Shown in pieces: positions 57,086 to 64,000 of a stretch of DNA of 64,000 bases (position 1 is the first letter of the stretch; every line of letters starts with the position of its first letter). The position numbers and the translations under genes were made by a program. Under the pieces are notes generated by a model. The model was not told the origin of the DNA. It made no database searches and saw only the letters and a program-made list of their open reading frames with translations. This DNA comes from Amoebophrya sp. A120 (taxonomy: Eukaryota > Protista > Dinoflagellata). The stretch is taken from contig CAJINV010000002.1 in assembly GCA_905178155.1 (NCBI GenBank), forward strand, positions 9,554,650 to 9,618,649, read 5' to 3'.

Positions 57086-60000
57086 GAACTGTGACTGCGC
57101 CTGGGTCGGGAAAAGTGCGCGATCTTGGCGTTGCTGCTTTTTGCATGGACAGGAATCACCTTAGATCACTTGTTCCCGCGAGCATGTACGCTTAACTTTG
57201 TCATAAAGAAAGTAGCTAACGATGGCTACATCTACAACGAGCCACGTTTTTGCAGGACAAGATCTGCGGAACTCGTCCTCCGTTCCATGCATAGCAGAGT
57301 TCATCTGCGTCTTTCTCTTGTTCCGAATCAAGCATCACAAAATTGCATCGTTCCGAACCCAGGAATGTATTTGCGTTGCATACGAGAAAGCGGCCGAAGC
57401 TGCTGCGATGTAAGCAAGGCGTATTTCAAGAAAACACGAAAGTGTAATTTTAGGATTTCTTTCATCGTTCTTCGGTTCCGTACTGCTCTGGTGTATACAA
57501 CAAGAAAGGCTGTCAGTGTGAACTACTCTCTTTATTGTGAGATGAGTCACGATAACGAACCTATAACTAAATCGACGAGGAAACAGAATGGCACAACTTT
57601 ATAGCCCGAAAACGCGTGTTGTTTCTGTAGAATGGATTTTTGAAAAAACCTATGTAATATGCGAGCCTGGAGCCGGAAGGACAAGAGAACGGAGAAAAAA
57701 AGACACACCAACCCTCGCTACTTAAACGTGAGCTGGTGTCTTGAAACACTACTCCATTGACGTGTACTTAGCTTCTGAATGAAGCTCTAATTATTATTAT
57801 GCTTTTTGGCACTGAAACTGTAGTAGCTAGTAGATATCGCTGCCATAGAGCGTCTTTCACAACGGAGCTCATGCAGTAAGTTTTCGGTTTCTATTGATTC
57901 TATGTGGTACAACTGCTACTGGTACCCCATAATCGGATAATGTTCGGTTCTATTTCTGCTCCAAAATCTCGTATTGTCGGTTGACGTGCCAACATGAACT
58001 TCGTGCGAGAACAAATATGAAGTGCAAGCCGTAAACTAAGAATTATCGTCACCGTCAAGAAACACGAACACTACGTGCCCTCGGTCTACTGGTCGTCCAA
58101 AAGAAAGGCTTAGAGGTCAACATCGGTGGAAACAAAATCTCTACGTATTCATTTCGTACAGTCCTTAGAAATCACCGCTACGCTGGATAATCGCTGCGTT
58201 CCTACGGTGAGAAATTATTTCGTTGCGTAGCACGTACGAGCAATGTGAGTCATGCTATTTTTGCGTATTTCTATTTTGTGTCCAATGAATATGGACACCA
58301 GCAAGGTGAAGAAGATGAAGGTGGTTGAAGGGGCAAAGAAAGGTAGGAGCAAGAGCCCTGCCTTGAAAGAGAGGGTTTCTGCGTTTCCGACATGTCTGCT
58401 GCACATGCACGGTCTCTGCGAACCCGGCCGTCGCAGCAATGAATTTTGATTTCGCTCCGCGCCTGCTCCGCTTTTTTTTTTGTAGTTAGGGATGCCACTG
58501 AAAATAGAAGCGCTGCACAACTTTCGCTGATTTCGCATCTGCACCAAAGCAACTACTTCTGCCCAAGTCGTATTCGTATTCTGGGCACTCGTGCACGTAC
58601 ACGTAGCGCTCGCGCGCGGCGTGAAGCGGTAGTAGAGAGCAGATTCAACAACTTCGTGCAAACTCTGGTGCAGTCGTAGACCGCAAAGGCATAAGATACA
58701 TCGTGCAAATTAGTGGAACCCCGTGCAGACCGGCGCGACTCGTTCTCGTACAACCCGCAAATTTCTCGTCGTGCAACTGAGAAGTAGACTAAGCACAGCC
58801 TGCTTTTCTGGCGTTGTAGGAAGCGATAAGAACGACCTGAATGTGTACACATCAAGCATATGGTACATGATCCGTAATATCACTCACCTCGACATTGGAA
58901 TCGCAACATAATGTCACTCACCTTGACAGGAGTTTGTTTTCGTAGAATAACCTCGCCCCGTAGGTTTTCTTTGCGTCCGCAAACTTTTCCACGCTACTAG
59001 TTTTCCTCAAAAGACGAGAACTAAGCCAACTACTTTCCCTCTTGTAAACAAAAAAGTTTTACGAAATAATTAAAACAACGTTTTACAACGAAACGCAGAC
59101 TTTGCAACGAACCAACCGAACAACCGCTGGTGACACCTCTCGCTATCAACTTCACCTCGAGCTGACGACGTCCAAGCGAAAGAAGAACGTCGGCGCCCTG
59201 TTGTATATCAAGTTGAAAACACCAGGGCCTCTCCTACAAAAACTGTCTTTAGGAGTAGCTGTGCGCTCCATGCGAAAATTCTGCGTACGAGGCTGCAGCC
59301 TCGGCCTTTTGAGAGTATGATCGTTTTTGTATCGGCTCATTCGTGAAAATATATAACGACGCCCATGCCCTTGCCGGACTTTGCAGCCGCACGAGCGGAA
59401 ATCTGCAATAGCAGCAGATGCAGCGAAATGGCGTGCGAAGTACGCAGTCTCAGCAGAAATCATATTCATATTATAAGTAGGACTTGCACACACACACCCA
59501 CGTGAATGTATGTTGTGTGTGTCTGTGTCTTAGTGGGGAAGGGCCCTGGTGGTTTTCCATCTGATGCTTATCCACAAAAAACAAGTACACGGTTGCAAGT
59601 TTGGAAACCTTCGTTCTTTCGGGAGAAAAAATATCCATGAAAAGAAGTTTTTCAAGTTTCGTACAATTTTGCCAGGTCGTCGAACTACGTAAGTGTTTTT
59701 CACGACGCACCAAAGGCGGACATGCATTTCCAATAGTTATGCAGCTACCTCCACATCTCTATTTGTAGCGGGTGATGATCTAGTGAGCAGCAAGAGCCTC
59801 GATCGAATGTATGAGAGAGAAGGTAACGTTGTTGTGCTCATCTCTTTGTAACAACGGAACGGCATCAGCTGCTCTCTAGTAGGGACCAGCGGGATGGAAT
59901 TTTAGATGTGAGCAAAAAGGGCATGCTAGACTGAAAAACTTATTTCCATGATAGAGGACTAACTGAGATTTTTACCAGCGTGATTTTTATCATTTGTCGA

Positions 60001-61049
60001 AACAATTCCCTTTCCCCGTGCCATCTTTTATCTCACTTTGCGGATTGTCTTTTTTCACCGTTGCATTTGTCATGAGCAGGAATAAAGAAGTAGGAGCCAA
60101 AGTATCGCTGTCATGGTCGCATCCGACTACCAATAGTGGGACCTTGTTTTCATGTGAGTTCACATGAGGAGCAACGCGCAACTGCAGCATGGTGCTCTTT
60201 TGCATCACAATAGCAAAGCGATACGAACGGGCAAGCGGTAGATTTGTGATGACAGATCATGTAGTTTTGTGCTAAGGGAGGGTGGAATTTCTTTTGACAG
60301 TGATCCGTACCGGAGCGACGGGGAAATCATGCTGCGACGCGCGGCGCTCTATGCACGGTAAGGACTGGGTCAGGGTCAAGGATGAAAGCGCGCTATTTTT
60401 TATCAAGCTCAGCGCGTTTTAAGATTTGCGAGTCATTGCCGCTGCGAAGAAGATTGTGATGCAAGGTCGCAAATACAAGCAGCGCGGGGAGATATGAACG
60501 CCTTTTGATGTGTTCTTCCAGCTACTTATGCATGTCGAATTTTATTCAGTATCTGTGGAACCGTGCGCGTGCCTTGCACAAATTAGGAATACAGGTGTAG
60601 CACGATAAGGCGCAACCGACAGTGCTGTGGGATAATATGTTGCATGTGGGAAGAGCACGGCGAAGATTGAAGTTTTTCCTGTTGACCCTGACATGTTTTT
60701 TCTATTGGATACGCTCTTTGAGGGCCTGCGGCAGCTTACCAAAATGAAAATTGTCCCCAGCTTAGTGATGCGTTTGAAAAACCCAACCAGACGGATACTT
60801 GGTTCGAACTCCAGAAGAAGTTTCGGTCAAAATATCACGTACGTAGGCAGGCTTCATGTTTTGTGGTGAGTGTGCCTCCTGCACCTGCACCTACAAGCAC
60901 AAGTTTCTGGGGAGGACCACGTGCGCGCATTTTTTGCGCTGGTTTGTTCGTACTTTTAGCACAGAAGCAGGCTATTCATCTGGTAAGCCTGGTGCTTTGT
61001 GTCATAGGTCGGGGGACAATTTTTAGGGCGATACGATTGGGAGAAGCCC

Positions 61050-63378
61050 AGCTGTCTAAAATTCAGCCGATCAGTACAACGGTGAACCCGCTGCAACAGG
61101 ACACGGATGAGGATTGCTTGCACACGTTTAAGATTTTGGCGCAGACTACTACGAAGTGCATGCATCCTATTCATGACGCTGAAACCTGTGAGTACGCGGC
61201 CAAGGTCTGCAATCAGGCTCCGCTGGGGGTTTCAGGCACTCCTGCGGGTCCGCTTACATTCCATTCGACGACACCTGTGAGCGTGACCGCTTACCAGGGG
61301 TGCACGGTGACGCGCAACGCTTTGGTTCCTGCGGACGATCGAATTGTCCGTTTCGGCGGCGCGCCGGGCACGAGCGCTTCGCAACAAACCTCCTTTGGTG
61401 CTGCAGCCGATCCAAGCGTAAAGCACATTTGCTTCAAAAGCGATCACATCGGACAAGGCAAGTTTACCCTCCTTGGTCGGTCATCGGCCGCAGTAGGGAC
61501 CAAGGGGTTCTACCCTGCTGACTCGACAGCCATTCCGCAATGTCAAATCGGTTTTGACGCACCCGCGCGCTACTGCAATCCGGGGAACATGACACAAATG
61601 CCTCCGATTGGGCTCGTCAGCAGCCTCAGTTCCGTGACTCCCCAACTTCCTCCAGCCACTGCGCCCGCCTCCTATCTGTATCGCAGTTGCCTTGTGGAGG
61701 GCCTGGCGAACTCTCAGGCGAAACAGCTGAACATCCTCTCTGAGTTCAGTACCACCGCCACGGCTACCAAAGAACAATTCAAGTACGGGTATTTGGGGAA
61801 CAATGCTGCGTTACACCACAACCTTGGTGCCCCTGCCACTGAGAACCTGGGTCCGGAGACGAATCTGGTCCGGAGCATTTGCATGGCCCGAGTGCCACGG
61901 GGCGCTTTTGAAGTGATGGGCACGACGAGCGAGCAGTGTCATCCCGCCTTTGACGTGAATTCGACGGATTGCAACTCTTGGAACGCCGCAAAAGTTTTTG
62001 GCACCGGACTCGCTGACGTTGTTACCACCGCTGCGAATCAACCGTCACGTTTGAACTGGGAAGTGGTATCGGACGCCGGTTCCACCAAAGTGCCGGCGAC
62101 CACTCGCGGCTTCAGTGTGAGCCCGGTCGGTTTGAATCCTTCCCTGGGTGGCGGGAAGGTTGGCTGTTACGTCAACGTCAAAAATGACGCCGTGTCCGGC
62201 GAGGTTTTGAGCGCTGTCGCCACGCGCACCGCTTCCTACGCGAAGAACATGGACGCGAAAGCCCGGTCCGTCTGTCTGCGGAGCCAGGTCTGCAGTTCCG
62301 GGACGTACGAAGTCTTACCGCCGGGACGCCAGTGCGCGTACGGGTTTGCAGCGAAGGTTTCGACAACAGGAGCGAATACGTTCGCGCACGTGGAAGCCGA
62401 GATCTATTCGGACTGCTTAGTGTCGTTGGGGCCTATCGGCAGCGGGATGGATCTGCAGCGGCATGTGGACCCGTTGTCGACTGCGGGTGATGTGGTGATT
62501 GACGCGCGAACCATGCAGGTGGCCGTGATCGCGACAGACGGGATACCCGGTTTGTACCAACACGCCGTGTGCCACCGCGTTCTGCCATGTGGCGACAAAA
62601 ACGTGGAAGTGCTTCCCTACGGCTCACAGTGCGCGGTGGATTTCCTTACCAGCGCCGTCGCTTTGACCACGACCACGCTCACTGCCCTGGAAAGCGATAT
62701 CAAAGGCTCCTGTTTCAAGCAGAGTAACTTTGTTAATTTTAATACGACATTTGATGCAAACTTGTTGGACACCGCCACTGGGACCGCCTTCTGGGCAGCT
62801 CAGGCAGCCGGCCGACCTGGTCACGTGGCACTCCGACAGCAGGCAGCGGGTTCCATCGACACTATGACCCTGGACCAGCGCGTAGAGGATTATCCGATTT
62901 GTCTCACCTCGCGGCAGTGTACGGATGCCACGGTCGCCGGTGCCACAGTGCCGGCGGAGATTCTTTCCCCGGGGCAGACGTCGTGCAAGTCCGGCGCCCA
63001 AGGCGGGTTCGAGTTGAATGCAGTAGAGTGTGCCGGTGTGCGTACGGCTTGCGGTGTGCTGGGCTCTGAGATGGAGGTGTTCCATCGGGATGACATGCCG
63101 CTCGGGTGCAGCGTGCTGGGGAATTTTGCCGCAGTGCAAACTGGCGACGAGGAAAGCACGGTGTTGGTTTACAATTATGGCGGTGCACTTTACAAGTCCA
63201 AGAAAATTTTGCCGCGTTTGATGGAAAACAAGCTGAAAACCCGCCGAGTGTGCCGCCGCGATTCGACGCCAGGGGCGACTTCCGCGCATACCTGTGCGCA
63301 CGACCTTGCCCGGCTCCTGCAGTACGCCCCGCAACCGGGAATGTCGGACCGCGCGAGCATGGTCGTGTCGAAGACAGT
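61050..63378 (+). CDS. Large exon of a Cys-rich extracellular protein with repeated C..GF..C / GC..R.VC modules; start and end uncertain
   Basis: 875-aa ORF with periodic E(V/I)LP.G.QC and R..C motifs. Confidence 0.65.
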
Positions 63379-64000
63379 ATTCCGTGTGAGAACGTTCGCC
63401 TCCCACATTCATATTTTCATATTTTCTCTTCACCAGTCCCAGTCGCTCGCTCGGAGTAAGAAAAAGAATAAAGTAGGGAGTACCTCCTGAGTGATATTTT
63501 CATTTTCCATGTAGGTCCGTCTCGGTAGCAGGAGCAGGAGCATGAAGGTGTGCGATGCGCGCACCCGAGAGAGGTACCTACTGTGTCGCACAGTGGCCTT
63601 GGAGTGCTCTTGCATTCAGCTTTTGTGTTTATTCATGCTCTAATCCTCGCAATCGTTCGGGATCAGAAAGTAGCTCTGAGATGCTGGCAAACTACTCGCT
63701 AATCGAGACGACTGCGCCTCTGCAGGCCGAAACTTGTCATTTAGAGCCTGCAGAGTTTGCTTGGGATGGGTTTTCGGTTTTTATTCCTTACATCCAAACT
63801 TAGACTTAGATCTTGATCGTGTCTATGTTAAGGGGGGACGTTTTCGCATAGGATAAGTTGCGGGCTCGCCCGCCGCCGAAGTGGGTGTTGCAAGTCAGTA
63901 CTATAAGACCGGCGGGACCAACACGCTCGTTCATTTCGTTCTTCTGGATCGCAACCCTCTTCCGGCGTACGAGGGGTGCATGGATGTCGTGAGCTTCGCC

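Overview
Eukaryotic, intron-rich genomic DNA. The organism is inferred to be an alveolate, most like the parasitic dinoflagellate Amoebophrya, from its inverted-repeat non-canonical introns, co-oriented genes and an apicomplexan-type FN2 protein. The window opens with a GC-rich 22-bp satellite and an assembly gap. Two Ty1/copia LTR retrotransposons follow on the minus strand: an internally deleted copy (2579-5807) and an intact, recent copy (5939-14557). The intact copy has TA..CA termini, a tRNA-His-type PBS, a CCCH Gag finger and gag-UGA-CUA-pol in one frame. From 16.6 kb onward about 12 host genes all lie on the + strand: a Cys-rich membrane protein, a coiled-coil protein, a GNAT-ankyrin protein, an ABCG transporter, a COMT-like methyltransferase, a taxilin-like protein, an anticodon-binding-domain protein, a calmodulin-like protein, an FN2-like adhesin and several unknowns. 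At least 15 introns share one architecture: [5-bp target]TAT-inverted repeat...ATA[5-bp target copy]. Removing the stem plus 5 nt restores the reading frame even where the duplication has decayed. Main hypothesis: these introner ends (TTGATA-3', 5-bp TSD) resemble the processed U3 end of the neighbouring copia family (TTGTTA-3', 5-bp TSD), so that integrase may be the mobilising enzyme. A MULE-like element with internal AT-rich palindromes sits in one intron. All splice models were derived by eye and need RNA-seq.
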